Part shown: positions 52,317 to 62,828 of the stretch, piece after piece
Layout of the letters: the number at the start of each line of letters is the position of its first letter
Numbering within the stretch: position 1 is the stretch's first letter
Assembly: GCA_963804165.1 (NCBI GenBank)
Contig: CAWDPO010000004.1
Location: 96,001 to 160,000, forward strand
DNA: 64,000 nucleotides
Origin: an uncultured delta proteobacterium
Lineage (GTDB): Bacteria > Desulfobacterota > Binatia > UBA9968
Reading direction: 5' to 3'
The notes under the pieces: model-generated
Told to the model about the DNA's origin: nothing
The model's database searches: none
Seen by the model: the letters and a program-made list of their open reading frames with translations, nothing else
Program-made: the position numbers and the translations under genes

Positions 52317-53411
52317 TCAATCGACCGGCGCCATTTGATTGCCGAGTTCCTTCTCGCAGGCCGGAGCGAAACCGAACACCTGTTGCCATACGTCTCGCGA
52401 TTCCATGCAGAGATAAATCTTGACCGTCGGCGCGGCGCGGCGAATCCAACTGACCATCTTGCGGTACATCTCGACGCGCAATGGCTGAAAGTAGCGCATC
52501 TTGCCGTCGGGACAAAGCACTTGCTCCCCGGTTACGAGCCGAGTGTGCGGAAATCGCTCGCGCATCATCCGCTTAAGCACGGGCGTCTCCCGCAATACGC
52601 CGAGACTCAACCACGAAAGCTGGTGCCAATCGATGGTCGCAAAAATCTGTTCGAGCATCGTTTGGTAGCCCACTTCCCATCCGCGATATTCGATTATCGG
52701 ATCGAAGTGAAAGCCTATACGGTAGCCGGCGTCCTGACAACGACGCGCCGCAGCAAGCCGATCATCGAATGACGCTGTGCCATGCTCGTCGAGATCGATC
52801 ACCGGCTGGGGATTCATAGACCACGCGACCACGACGCGGCCTTTAGAATCGAGATCGAGTAAGCTGTCGACGCAGTCGCTTTTGGTCTTGAGCTCTAGGA
52901 GCACGTTAGGTTGGTCGGCAAAGTACGGGATCAGCTCTTTCACCATGCCGGTGTACGGCTCGAGCGCCAGGCTATCGGTTATCTCTCCGGTGCCGATGCG
53001 GAAAAAGACACCGCGATGCTTTTGCAAAGTACGATCGGCTTCGTCGATCAAATCGTCGACATTGCTAAAAACCTTAAGCGATGGGTTATCGAGCAAATAG
53101 TCTTGCAGGTAGCAGTAGCTGCAATCCATCGGGCAGTTACTGGCGAAGTTGATCACGAAATAGTTGCAACATACCTGGCCGTCGCTGCCCGGACATTTTT
53201 TTAAGAAATCCCCCTTGTAGCGGCTCAAGTAAAGTTTCTTTTTCGCCGCGCCAAAGCGATCGCCACGGGCGAAATCGGTAGTCGCATCCGATCCAAGACC
53301 GTCGACGAATTTTACGGGAACTTGCGGCAACGTGCGCCGCAAATTGGCGTAGATTCGACTCGACACTGAGCCGTGTTCGACGATCAGTTCTTCGGGGAGG
53401 AAATCTTCCAT
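52317..53411 (-). CDS. Spore photoproduct lyase-like radical SAM protein
   Basis: CPMDCSYCYLQ, ELKTKS, WSMNP, E.GTAS...RL.AA and GFHFDPII. Confidence 0.88.
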   Translation of the reverse strand: MEDFLPEELIVEHGSVSSRIYANLRRTLPQVPVKFVDGLGSDATTDFARGDRFGAAKKKLYLSRYKGDFLKKCPGSDGQVCCNYFVINFASNCPMDCSYCYLQDYLLDNPSLKVFSNVDDLIDEADRTLQKHRGVFFRIGTGEITDSLALEPYTGMVKELIPYFADQPNVLLELKTKSDCVDSLLDLDSKGRVVVAWSMNPQPVIDLDEHGTASFDDRLAAARRCQDAGYRIGFHFDPIIEYRGWEVGYQTMLEQIFATIDWHQLSWLSLGVLRETPVLKRMMRERFPHTRLVTGEQVLCPDGKMRYFQPLRVEMYRKMVSWIRRAAPTVKIYLCMESRDVWQQVFGFAPACEKELGNQMAPVD

Positions 53412-53426
53412 GCGGCAATTACTGTC

Positions 53427-53978
53427 CTATTCGTGCTCGTTCTCGGGACTGCGTCCGGCCAAAAGGTCGAAGATCTCCGGCGCCAAACTCGTTGCCGCAG
53501 CTTCGCGAAGTTTCCCTGCAAGCGCCAGCAGCTCCGAGGCGCTCGTGGCAGTGAATTCGATGTGGAGCCGTCCGCCTTCTAATCCCGGCGGCACGCTCAC
53601 GCGAATCTCCGGATGGAGCTTCAAACTCTTAATCCTATTCCGAATCTCGTCTTCGGTTATCGCCAAACGCGGAAATCTCCACCGCCTGAGTTGCTCTTTG
53701 ATTCGCTTAACTTTATCGGCGCGACCCAATCGCGGGTCGGTGCTGACATCGCTAATTGCTTTTGTTGCCAAGATTTGGTTGATCTTCGCGTGATCGCGCA
53801 GGGCGATTTCCTCGAGCCAATCCATGATATCTCTTAAGTGATTTTCGCCAATTTTAAGCGTGATAGCGAGATCTCCAAGCGCGTCCCTATCCGTCTCTTC
53901 CCACCCGAGCCAGCGCGCCAGGGTTTGCGAATGAAAACTTTTCTCGTGCGCGTAAACGCGCATCTCGCTCTCCGACAT
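53427..53978 (-). CDS. Hypothetical helical protein
   Basis: ORF packed between GT2 and the SPL-like gene; LRRWRFPRL and PPGLEGG.L.IEF. Confidence 0.75.
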   Translation of the reverse strand: MSESEMRVYAHEKSFHSQTLARWLGWEETDRDALGDLAITLKIGENHLRDIMDWLEEIALRDHAKINQILATKAISDVSTDPRLGRADKVKRIKEQLRRWRFPRLAITEDEIRNRIKSLKLHPEIRVSVPPGLEGGRLHIEFTATSASELLALAGKLREAAATSLAPEIFDLLAGRSPENEHE

Positions 53979-54843
53979 CCCTTTTCTCCTCTGTAAATTC
54001 TGTGAAGACGGCCTCGTAGGCCCCCGCTTCCTGCTCTTTTCCCCTCTTGCGCGCGCCTCGCGCGAGGATCATGACTTTGCGCCGCAGCGCTTCGAGCGCC
54101 GCCGTCCTGCGTGCGCCATCAAGACCCGAGCACAATATTTTTTGCAATGCCAAAATTCGATAACGATCCATGCCCCACAGGGAACGCGACAACTGATCGG
54201 CGTGACCACCCCGCTTTACGACGAGAGCCTCAGGAATCAACGGCACCGAATATGCCGAGGCGACGCGCAACCAAAGGTCGTAGTCTTCGCATACGGGAAA
54301 AGACTCATCGAAGCCACCGACCCGCTGGAAAAGGTCGCTTGTCATCATCACCGCGGACGGACTTACCAAACAGAGATCCAAGCTACGCACAAAGACGTCA
54401 CCGGAAGGCTTTCGATGAACCGCTTTAGCGTTGACCCTGACACCATTGCGAATCCAAATCTCCTCGGTCTGGCAAATTTGAATCTCCAGGTGCCGGTCCA
54501 GAAAGGCTATTTGGATCTCCAGTTTACGCGGCAGCCAAAGATCGTCGGAATCTAGAAAAGCAACGTAACGACCCTGGGCCTGGCTGACGCCGAAATTGCG
54601 CGCCGCGGCGACGCCCCGTCTCGTTGTCTTAAACAATCGTAAACGCCCACCGAATTTTGCCAATCGATTGACCGTGTCGTCCGTCGAACCGTCATCGACG
54701 ACGATGAGCTCAAAATCTCGAAAACTCTGCGCAAGCACAGAGTCGACGGCTTCGGCAATTAGAGGCCATCGGTTATAGGTTGGAATAACGACGCTGGTTA
54801 TCGGCGACACGACGGACTCGAGTCTTTGGATCTGACTGACCAA
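53887..54843 (-). CDS. Family 2 glycosyltransferase
   Basis: VIPTYNR, VDDGSTD, AARNFG, FLDSDDLW and CEDYDLWLR. Confidence 0.93.
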   Translation of the reverse strand: MVSQIQRLESVVSPITSVVIPTYNRWPLIAEAVDSVLAQSFRDFELIVVDDGSTDDTVNRLAKFGGRLRLFKTTRRGVAAARNFGVSQAQGRYVAFLDSDDLWLPRKLEIQIAFLDRHLEIQICQTEEIWIRNGVRVNAKAVHRKPSGDVFVRSLDLCLVSPSAVMMTSDLFQRVGGFDESFPVCEDYDLWLRVASAYSVPLIPEALVVKRGGHADQLSRSLWGMDRYRILALQKILCSGLDGARRTAALEALRRKVMILARGARKRGKEQEAGAYEAVFTEFTEEKRDVGERDARLRAREKFSFANPGALARVGRDG

Positions 54844-54883
54844 CCTCGCGGCCGGACGATCAACAGAGGGTTTTTCACGTACG

Positions 54884-55315
54884 CTAAATAAACGTCTCCA
54901 TTTTCTTGAAAAACTGGTCGACCATCATTTTGGCGACCCCGCTCATCATTCGTTGGCCGACGCTCGCGATCAGTCCGCCGACCTTGGCATCCGTGCTGTA
55001 TTTGAGCACGGTTTGTCCATCGCGTTCTTCTAAATCAATCGCCACATCGCCCTGCATAAAACCCGGACCGCCCGACCCTTGACCGCTCAAAACATAATGG
55101 GACGGGGCTTGTTTGTCTTTGATCGCAACCTTACCTTTGTACGTTCCTTTCACCGACGCAACTCCGACTTTCATCACGGCTTCAAATTGATCCGGCGCCA
55201 CTTCGTTCATGCTTTCGCAGCCCGGCATGCACTGCGCCATGACTTTCGGATCGAGCAAGACTTGCCAAACCCGGTCTCGTGACGCGTTAAAAGTGTAACT
55301 TCCTTCGATCTTCAA
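54884..55315 (-). CDS. CoxG/SRPBCC-family protein
   Basis: VWQVLLDP...AQCMPGCE and VGGLIASVGQRMM. Confidence 0.9.
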   Translation of the reverse strand: MKIEGSYTFNASRDRVWQVLLDPKVMAQCMPGCESMNEVAPDQFEAVMKVGVASVKGTYKGKVAIKDKQAPSHYVLSGQGSGGPGFMQGDVAIDLEERDGQTVLKYSTDAKVGGLIASVGQRMMSGVAKMMVDQFFKKMETFI

Positions 55316-55495
55316 AAACCTTTTCCTCTATGTTTATTTTGCGCTAGCTCTGCTGAGCCCGGTCGATTGCCGAATCCCTGATCGACCGCAAAAAACCATA
55401 ACTTCCATCGGTGTAAAAAACAACACTGGAGTCGAATCACAACTTGAGCCTAGAAGAGTTGACGACCACGATAAATAGCGACTGTGAGTTCTTGA

Positions 55496-57580
55496 TTGAA
55501 TCGCCGGCTAAGCTTCGCTAAACTTTCCCATCAGATGGCACAGCGAATACCCGCACTATTGCTGATTGTGGCGCTCGGGGTGTTGCCAGATCCGGTTTGT
55601 TCGCAGACCAACGATCCGAGCGACATGTTCGCAAGAGCATACGCTCTTTACACCAACGGCAAATCCGCCGACGCCAAGGAACTCTTCGAGAAGTTAATCG
55701 ATCCCAAGTTCCGTCTGGCGGACTATAGCTTATATTACCTCGCAGCAATTAACTTTAGCCAGTCGAATTGGGATCAGGCACGCCAGCTGCTCGCTCAATT
55801 GAAACAGCGATTTCCCCAGAGTATCTGGATTCAGTCAGCTGCGCTGCTCCAGGCCAAAATCGACATCGCCGAAAAAAAATACGGGCCGGCCACAGAAGCC
55901 CTGCGCCAGCTGCGCGCGGAAAAAGTGGCGCAACGCGACATCGCCGACGAAGCGCTCTATCTTCAAGCGCAGATCCAAGAAGCTCAGGGCGAGCCGCGCC
56001 GCGGTCATGCGCTTTACAATGAGTTGCGCGACCAATCGCCCAATTCGCGTTGGTCGACGGCCGCCAGAAAAGCGCTGGCTAAGTTACGCGACTCCTTTCC
56101 CGAGATTTTCGCGTTCCGCACGATCGAATCCCTTGCCGACGAGGCCGACCGCTTGGTGCGGGAGCGTCAAATTAATGAAGCTGAAGTCCTTTACAAGAAG
56201 CTTTTGAATAACGCGACAGACGCCGACGCCCGGCTGCGCTATTTGGTCAAGCTCGCGAACCTCTATCTCTCGGCCCGGAGCAGAAGCGAATCCATGCCCC
56301 TACTTGAGCTGATCGCCCGGGAATTCCCAGGGAGCCCTGAAGCGCCGAAGGCGCTCTATCAAATCGGTCAAATCTACTGGAATCGGCACGATAATGCCCA
56401 GGCATTCGAATATTTCAAACTGATCCTGGATAAATACCCGACCAGCGAGTATGTGGACCTCGCCCGCTTCGCCGTCGCGGACATCCATGAACACTTCGGC
56501 AGAAAAGAGGAAGCGATTCAGTTCTATAACGACATCATCCAGCCTTTTCCCAAGAGCCGGCTGCGCGACGACGCCGCCTGGCGCCTTGCCTGGCTGTACT
56601 ACCGAAACGCCGACCTTGCCGCCGCAGCGGCGACGCTGAAGCTTCTCGCGAGCCAGTCAGGCAACGGCCCACTCGCCACTGCAGCACTTTACTGGCAAGC
56701 GCGTGTTGCCGAGAAATCCGGCGACATCGACGGCGCCCGACAGCTTTACCGCCATCTGGTCAACGCGGCGATTGAATCCTATTACCAAACCCTGTCGCTC
56801 CGCAGTCTCCAACGCATCGGCGGTATCGCCGACGATCCCAAGATTGTCAAACCGTACGCCGCGCAGGAATCAGATCCTCCGATGCCGGCCGATCTGCTAT
56901 TTCACGTCACGCGCGCTCGCGCGCTCTCGTCGCTTTCTCTGCGCCAACTCGCTGTGGCCGAGCTCGACGAGGTCAACCGCAGGACAAAATCCGCCGGTCA
57001 CGTGCGCGCGCTCCTCATGCGCGAATATTTTCAGAACGGCGCCTACGGCCGGAGCCTGCAACTCGCCAACCAGCTCCCGAGCTCGCGCAGCGAGCGCGAC
57101 CTTTACCGCTATCCGCTGGCATTCTGGGATATGATTCAACAAAAGGCGCAAGACCGCGGTCTCGATCCCTATCTCGTCATCGCACTGATCCGCCAGGAGA
57201 GTTTGTTCGACACCCGCGCCCGCTCGCCGGCAGCTGCGATGGGACTCATGCAATTGATCGCACCGACCGCGGCGCGGGTCGCCAAGCAACTCGGCCTGCC
57301 GGCGCCCTCTCAAGAAACCCTCTTCGAGCCGGAAGTAAATCTCACTCTTGGCACGCAATACTTGAAAGATTTGCTGCAACGCTATTCGAACAACTGGTAC
57401 AAAGCCATCGCTGCGTACAACGCCGGCGAAGCCGCGGTTGATCGTTGGGAAAAGGAAATCGTCACCGACGATATCGAAGAGTTCGTCGAGCGTATACCCT
57501 ATGTCGAAACTCGGGGGTATGTTAAGCTTGTTTTACGAAATCACCAAATTTACAAACGGCTGTACGACACGCAAAAATGA
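55496..57580 (+). CDS. Slt-type lytic transglycosylase with TPR repeats
   Basis: TPR-like repeats; IRQESLF, AMGLMQL, AAYNAG and IPYVETRGYVK. Confidence 0.95.
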   Translation: MNRRLSFAKLSHQMAQRIPALLLIVALGVLPDPVCSQTNDPSDMFARAYALYTNGKSADAKELFEKLIDPKFRLADYSLYYLAAINFSQSNWDQARQLLAQLKQRFPQSIWIQSAALLQAKIDIAEKKYGPATEALRQLRAEKVAQRDIADEALYLQAQIQEAQGEPRRGHALYNELRDQSPNSRWSTAARKALAKLRDSFPEIFAFRTIESLADEADRLVRERQINEAEVLYKKLLNNATDADARLRYLVKLANLYLSARSRSESMPLLELIAREFPGSPEAPKALYQIGQIYWNRHDNAQAFEYFKLILDKYPTSEYVDLARFAVADIHEHFGRKEEAIQFYNDIIQPFPKSRLRDDAAWRLAWLYYRNADLAAAAATLKLLASQSGNGPLATAALYWQARVAEKSGDIDGARQLYRHLVNAAIESYYQTLSLRSLQRIGGIADDPKIVKPYAAQESDPPMPADLLFHVTRARALSSLSLRQLAVAELDEVNRRTKSAGHVRALLMREYFQNGAYGRSLQLANQLPSSRSERDLYRYPLAFWDMIQQKAQDRGLDPYLVIALIRQESLFDTRARSPAAAMGLMQLIAPTAARVAKQLGLPAPSQETLFEPEVNLTLGTQYLKDLLQRYSNNWYKAIAAYNAGEAAVDRWEKEIVTDDIEEFVERIPYVETRGYVKLVLRNHQIYKRLYDTQK

Positions 57581-58329
57581 CGAGAGACGCGCGCCCGTTA
57601 ATCGGTGTCACCGCAGATCTTTCCGAAGCTTCCGGCAGGCTCAAAAACCATCGAGAATCGACCTTAATCGTACCGCAAAGGTATCTGAGCGCCATCGAGC
57701 GTGCCGGTGCGATCCCGCTCGTCTTACCAGCAAGTAGCTCCGACTCCGCTTTGCGCCGAGTGGTAAGCCTCGTGGACGGTCTGGTCATTACCGGGGGAAA
57801 CTTTGACATCCACCCACAGTATTACGGCGAAACCCCGCGCAAAGAGCTCGGCGTGATCAAAGCGCAGCGTACCGAATTTGAGCTGGGAATGACCGCCGCG
57901 GCATTGGCGCAAGACCTTCCCGTGTTAGGTATTTGCGGTGGAGCGCAAGCAATCAACGTCGCTTTAGGCGGCTCGTTGTACCAAGACATCGAAGCGCAGT
58001 GCGCCGGCGCCGGCGCACACCAACAAAGCGAAAAAAAATATAGCGGCGGACATCGCATAACGGTGCAAAACGGCACACAGCTTCACGCCATTGTCCGACA
58101 GCGAAGCTTGGAGGTGAACACGACCCATCACCAGGCCGTCAAAAAGCTGGGGCGTGGTCTGGTCGTGAGCGCGTTTGCCGACGATGGTGTTATCGAGGCG
58201 ATAGAAAGCACGCGGCACCGATTCGTTCTCGGCGTCCAGTGGCACCCTGAAGTCTTGGCGCGACGAAAGGCGCAACAAAGCATATTCGCCGCCTTCGTCA
58301 AATGCTGCGCGCGGTGTCGCCGCGGTTGA
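57577..58329 (+). CDS. Gamma-glutamyl-GABA hydrolase-like class I glutamine amidotransferase (peptidase C26)
   Basis: LGICGGAQAINVALGGSLYQD, HHQAV and GVQWHPE. Confidence 0.93.
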   Translation: MTRDARPLIGVTADLSEASGRLKNHRESTLIVPQRYLSAIERAGAIPLVLPASSSDSALRRVVSLVDGLVITGGNFDIHPQYYGETPRKELGVIKAQRTEFELGMTAAALAQDLPVLGICGGAQAINVALGGSLYQDIEAQCAGAGAHQQSEKKYSGGHRITVQNGTQLHAIVRQRSLEVNTTHHQAVKKLGRGLVVSAFADDGVIEAIESTRHRFVLGVQWHPEVLARRKAQQSIFAAFVKCCARCRRG

Positions 58330-58347
58330 CAACTCACTCGGCCGCTT

Positions 58348-60666
58348 ATGACTATCGAGATTCTTAATCCCGATAACTATCGAACTTCTTTGTTCGCCCT
58401 CCCAACCCTGCTTACCGCGAGCACGATGTTGGCACTCGGGCTCATGGTTCTTATCCGCGAACGCCAGTCCCATGTCAGTATTTCTTTCTTCGTTATGACT
58501 GCGACGGCAGCACTCTGGTTATCGGGCTATTCATTCATGTACTGCGCAACCACCGAGCGCGTGGCGGCAACCTGGAGCACAATCGGCCACATCGGGATCG
58601 TTTTCATTCCTGCGTCGATACACCACTTCACGTTGACGGCGGTGGGGAGCTACCATCGCTACAAACGACGAGTCTGGTTGATCTGGGAAGTTTCCGGCGG
58701 CTTCTTGCTTTCCGTTATATCCACTGACGCGTTTTTCAGCGGCGTGCGCTCTTATACGTGGGGTTATTACCCGATATATCGCTGGATGGGAACCCTTTTC
58801 GTATGCTTTTTTCTCTGCCTCGTGGTCATGAGTTTGCGCCAATATTGGACCTCTTATCGTGCTGCGCCGTCAGGGGCTGGCAAATCGCGGAACCAGGGTT
58901 TGTTGCGTGCCTTTTGCATCGCGTATCTGGGATCTTTCGACTTCCTGGCCGCCTACGGCATCCCGCTTTATCCATTCGGATATATTCCCGTCCTGGGCTT
59001 CATCATCCTCGCCGACCGGACGATTCGACGATACCATCTGGTGAACATCACCCCCGAGTTCGCCGCCAAACAAATCATCAACGCGATGGACGATGCGCTG
59101 CTAATTTTGGACAGCGACGGCATCGTCCGCGTCGCAAATCACAACGCTTGCGAAATCTTCACCCGACCCGAAACCGAGATCGAAGGCTCACCTTTGTCGA
59201 CGCTGGCGATGGGTTTTACCCCAGTCACCGACACCCTCGCGCGCGAGATTCTCGAAGGAAAGTTGCGCAACCACGAATTACTGGCTCACAGCGGCGATAC
59301 CGCTATCAGCCTCTCGTCCTTCGTCATGCGCGACGCCGAGCACAACCCTATCGCCACGGTCTGCATGATCCGGGACGTCACTAAAGAGAAATCGGCCCAG
59401 CGCGAAATTCAGCGCCACACCGAACGACAAGCCGCACTTTACGAGCTCAACCTTGCGGCGACGTCGACGCTCGAGCTGCGCGCTGTATTAGATGTTTTGT
59501 TGGAATGGCTTGCCGGATTGGTTCCGGGGACCGCGACAACTGTCATGCTCTGCGGTGAAACCGACGAGCCGCTGCGACGGGTGGCCTGCCGCGGTATCGA
59601 TGAAGTCGCGTGGAAGTCGGAATCGTCCCTCCAAATCACACCGCTTCACCCGGTGCTGCGCTCAAAAGATGCCATTCTGGTATCCAATATTCAGATCGCC
59701 AACGAAGGACTGGATTCGGCATCTTTTGTCTCCCGGGGATTTCACTCCTATCTCGGCTTACCCCTTTTCGCGAAAGACCACGTCATCGGGATACTTTCGC
59801 TCTATTCTGAGCAGGAACGCCATTACAGCGATGAAGAAATAAACTTTCTACGCAGCCTCGCGGGTCAAGTGGCTGTGGCGATCCACAACTCTCAGCTCTA
59901 CGAGCAAACCCGCCAACAGGCTTCGGCGCTGGAAAAAGCCAACCTCGTTCGAGAGGATTTCTTGGGAGTGATGTCGCACGAACTAAGGACTCCGCTGAAC
60001 GTCATCTCCGGCTACGCGAGACTCGTGCACGAGGGCGTCATGGGCGACGTGAATGCGGAGCAAAAAAAGGCCTTGGATAAAGTCGGCCACCACGCCGACG
60101 AGCTCCTATTCATGGTGAACAGCATCATGAACGCAACCAAAATCGAAGCGGGCGCCTTGTCGGTGGATCCCGAACACTTTCCGTTAGCGAGTCTCTTGGA
60201 CGAGCTTAGAGTGCTTTATGATTATCCGTTTGGAAAGGATATCAGCGTGGATTGGGGCTATTCGGCGGATCTTCCTTCGTTGTATACCGACCGCGACAAG
60301 CTTAAACATATTTTACAAAACCTCATCAACAACGCGCTCAAATTCACCGACGAGGGCTCCGTGAGCATATTTGTCCGCCATCTTCCCGACAAAGACCGTG
60401 TCGAAGTGATGGTTAGGGATACTGGGGTCGGCATTCCACCGGAAGAATTACCGCTCGTCTTCGATCGTTTCCGGCAAATTGACAATTCAAGAACGCGCAC
60501 CTACGGCGGAGTCGGATTGGGGTTGCATATCGTCAAGACCTTCACTGAACTTCTCGACGGTCAGGTGACGGTCGCCAGCACTCCCGGCCAGGGCTCAAGC
60601 TTCACAATCACGCTTCCTTGCATCGGTCAGCAATCCAACACCACCAATCTTTCGCCGGGTCGCTGA
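58348..60666 (+). CDS. Membrane histidine kinase (7TM-PAS-GAF-HisKA-HATPase)
   Basis: About 7 N-terminal TMs; PAS; GAF (YLGLPL, AVAIHNSQLY); SHELRTPL, NNALKFT, DTGVGI and GLGL. Confidence 0.95.
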   Translation: MTIEILNPDNYRTSLFALPTLLTASTMLALGLMVLIRERQSHVSISFFVMTATAALWLSGYSFMYCATTERVAATWSTIGHIGIVFIPASIHHFTLTAVGSYHRYKRRVWLIWEVSGGFLLSVISTDAFFSGVRSYTWGYYPIYRWMGTLFVCFFLCLVVMSLRQYWTSYRAAPSGAGKSRNQGLLRAFCIAYLGSFDFLAAYGIPLYPFGYIPVLGFIILADRTIRRYHLVNITPEFAAKQIINAMDDALLILDSDGIVRVANHNACEIFTRPETEIEGSPLSTLAMGFTPVTDTLAREILEGKLRNHELLAHSGDTAISLSSFVMRDAEHNPIATVCMIRDVTKEKSAQREIQRHTERQAALYELNLAATSTLELRAVLDVLLEWLAGLVPGTATTVMLCGETDEPLRRVACRGIDEVAWKSESSLQITPLHPVLRSKDAILVSNIQIANEGLDSASFVSRGFHSYLGLPLFAKDHVIGILSLYSEQERHYSDEEINFLRSLAGQVAVAIHNSQLYEQTRQQASALEKANLVREDFLGVMSHELRTPLNVISGYARLVHEGVMGDVNAEQKKALDKVGHHADELLFMVNSIMNATKIEAGALSVDPEHFPLASLLDELRVLYDYPFGKDISVDWGYSADLPSLYTDRDKLKHILQNLINNALKFTDEGSVSIFVRHLPDKDRVEVMVRDTGVGIPPEELPLVFDRFRQIDNSRTRTYGGVGLGLHIVKTFTELLDGQVTVASTPGQGSSFTITLPCIGQQSNTTNLSPGR

Positions 60667-60821
60667 CCCCGCTTCGCTCCAAGCACCAAGGTTTGTCGAT
60701 CCCAAAGGCTCACGCCGACCGCCGCCGCATCGAGTAGCCGGCATGTTGTTGCAATCTAAGCTCGCCTGGGGCAAACAGGAGAGCGGAAACGATTTTTTTG
60801 AGCTCGAAAGGAGTACCGATC

Positions 60822-61958
60822 ATGGCGCATAAGTCCGGGGGAGATGTATTTGACAGAGCAGAAGCCGAAAAACTTCTTTACCCTGCTAGCCGTTTACCCG
60901 GCGGCGGGCAACTGGAAGTGCGCATGGAAATCTCACCGGACCATCCCGATCCAGACATCCGCGGCGTGGCGCGCCGAGTAAAATTTTTCAACCTTGAGAG
61001 TTGGCATAAGGAATGGACTGAAGTCGCTAAAAAGAACGAAGAGCTGGCCGCTGGCTTCGATCAGGAAAACCGCAAGCAAACGGCGCACGAGTTTTACCTG
61101 CGTGCCGCCGATTTCTACCGCCGCGCAGTCGTCTACATGGCCGAATCCGACCCGCGCATGCTGCCAACTTATAAGAAGCTCGAGGAAAACTTTAACAACG
61201 CTTGGACCATGGTCCCACCGCCCTTCGAACAAGTGGAGATCCCTTACGAAGGTCACAAGCTGCCGGCGTTGTTCTGGCCCGGCCGCGCCAAGTCGGGGAC
61301 TACATTACCGGTAGTTTATAACTACGGCGGCGCCGACGGCATTCTGCTGCGCGGCGAAGACGGCGGCGCGGGTCAGTATACGCGCCGCGGCATGTCGTTC
61401 CTCGACGTTGACGGCCCTGGACATGGCGGCACACTGCGCTATCACAAGCTCTATGCGCCGCCCGATTCTGAACGCGTCGCCAAGGCGGTGATCGATTATC
61501 TGGTCACTCGTGCGGACGTCGACTCCGATCGTATCGGCCTACACGGTTCTAGCATGGGCGGCTACTCGGGACCTCGCTCCGCGTCGGTCGAGAAAAGAAT
61601 CAAAGCCGTCGCCGTTTGGAGCGGCGCGTACAATCTCGTCGACGATATATTTGATTATTACCCGCCGATCCAGGAGCGTCTGCGTTGGCTGATGGGCGCT
61701 AAAGATATCAAAGACGCCCGTGAAAAGATCAAAGAGTTTACGCTTGTCGGTAGAGCGAATAAGATTGAATGTCCGCTGCTCGTCGGTTACAGCATCGACG
61801 ACCGCGTCATGGACCCGCGCGGCGCGCTCAAGCTCTATGAGAACACCGTCAACTCGCCCGATCGCTCCATGCTCGACGGTGTCGGCCACGGCCAGAAGAG
61901 ATTTGACCGCAGAACCTACATCGCCGACTGGTTCATGAAGCAGCTAAAAGCCGCTTAA
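60822..61958 (+). CDS. Alpha/beta hydrolase (FrsA / pseudooxynicotine-hydrolase-like)
   Basis: EIPYEG, DGPGHG and nucleophile elbow GSSMGG; RBS AAAGGAG. Confidence 0.88.
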   Translation: MAHKSGGDVFDRAEAEKLLYPASRLPGGGQLEVRMEISPDHPDPDIRGVARRVKFFNLESWHKEWTEVAKKNEELAAGFDQENRKQTAHEFYLRAADFYRRAVVYMAESDPRMLPTYKKLEENFNNAWTMVPPPFEQVEIPYEGHKLPALFWPGRAKSGTTLPVVYNYGGADGILLRGEDGGAGQYTRRGMSFLDVDGPGHGGTLRYHKLYAPPDSERVAKAVIDYLVTRADVDSDRIGLHGSSMGGYSGPRSASVEKRIKAVAVWSGAYNLVDDIFDYYPPIQERLRWLMGAKDIKDAREKIKEFTLVGRANKIECPLLVGYSIDDRVMDPRGALKLYENTVNSPDRSMLDGVGHGQKRFDRRTYIADWFMKQLKAA

Positions 61959-61988
61959 ACCGCTCGAAGGAAAATCGCAAAGGCACCT

Positions 61989-62828
61989 ATGTCAACTTTT
62001 AATCTCGCTCAATCCCTCGATCATTTCGTCGTTCCGGTAGACGACCTCGTCGCCGCCGAAGAATTTTACGTTCGTGTCTTCGGCGGCGTGATTACCAAGC
62101 GTAACGGTTTAAACGTCCGCCAACGTAAGCGGGGCGCGGTGCCACACACGTTCATCCAGATCGGTGGTAAACGCATGGGCGTCTATCTTCAAAGCGAGGA
62201 GCGCGCGCAGCCGACTGGCGCGCGCGGTTTGCCGACCTATTCGTTTACGACGACGGCAAAAGGTCTCGAAGCGGTCATGAAGGATATCGAACAGCTAGGC
62301 GTGCGTTTCGATACTCCCGTCAAGAACCCGTACCCTTTCGCCGACCAATGCCTATTCTTTACCGATCCGGCGGCAAATCACTACGCGGTTTATACGCCGA
62401 GGGATCCGGCTGAGACTGCGAATGGCGCCAACGGCCGTATAACGGCGGTCGGTTATATCGAATTGGAAGCGCCGGATGTAGATGCGTCGATCGAATTTTA
62501 CAAAACCGTCCTCGGCTTTGAGTTACAGAGCCGAAGCGAAACTGGCAAGCAGGCGATGCTCAAGATGGCAAGCGGCCAAACGTTGATCCTGACCGAAGCG
62601 CCTTTCTCGCCGAAGGGACTGGTAATGAGCCGCAAGGTGCCGGGACCTCACATAGCCTTTTACGTGCCCGCGCAAAAATGGAGTTCGGCGATGGCGCAGC
62701 TCGATCAGCTGGGCATTGCCAACGGCGATCGCGGCGCAGCCAAGGAACGCCACGACGGTCAAGGCGGCACATACATGGACGATCCGGCAGGCTACGTCAT
62801 CCAATTCATCACCGCTGGAATGGAGTGA
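61989..62828 (+). CDS. Two-domain VOC/glyoxalase-family protein
   Basis: LDHFVVPVDDL..AEEFY, FFTDPA.N, second domain SIEFYKTVLGF, PHIAF and DDPAGY. Confidence 0.9.
   Translation: MSTFNLAQSLDHFVVPVDDLVAAEEFYVRVFGGVITKRNGLNVRQRKRGAVPHTFIQIGGKRMGVYLQSEERAQPTGARGLPTYSFTTTAKGLEAVMKDIEQLGVRFDTPVKNPYPFADQCLFFTDPAANHYAVYTPRDPAETANGANGRITAVGYIELEAPDVDASIEFYKTVLGFELQSRSETGKQAMLKMASGQTLILTEAPFSPKGLVMSRKVPGPHIAFYVPAQKWSSAMAQLDQLGIANGDRGAAKERHDGQGGTYMDDPAGYVIQFITAGME

Noticed and set aside
60739-60753. CGGCATGTTGTTGCA as a sigma-54 promoter
   Set aside because: GG to GC spacing is 9 nt, not the required 10.
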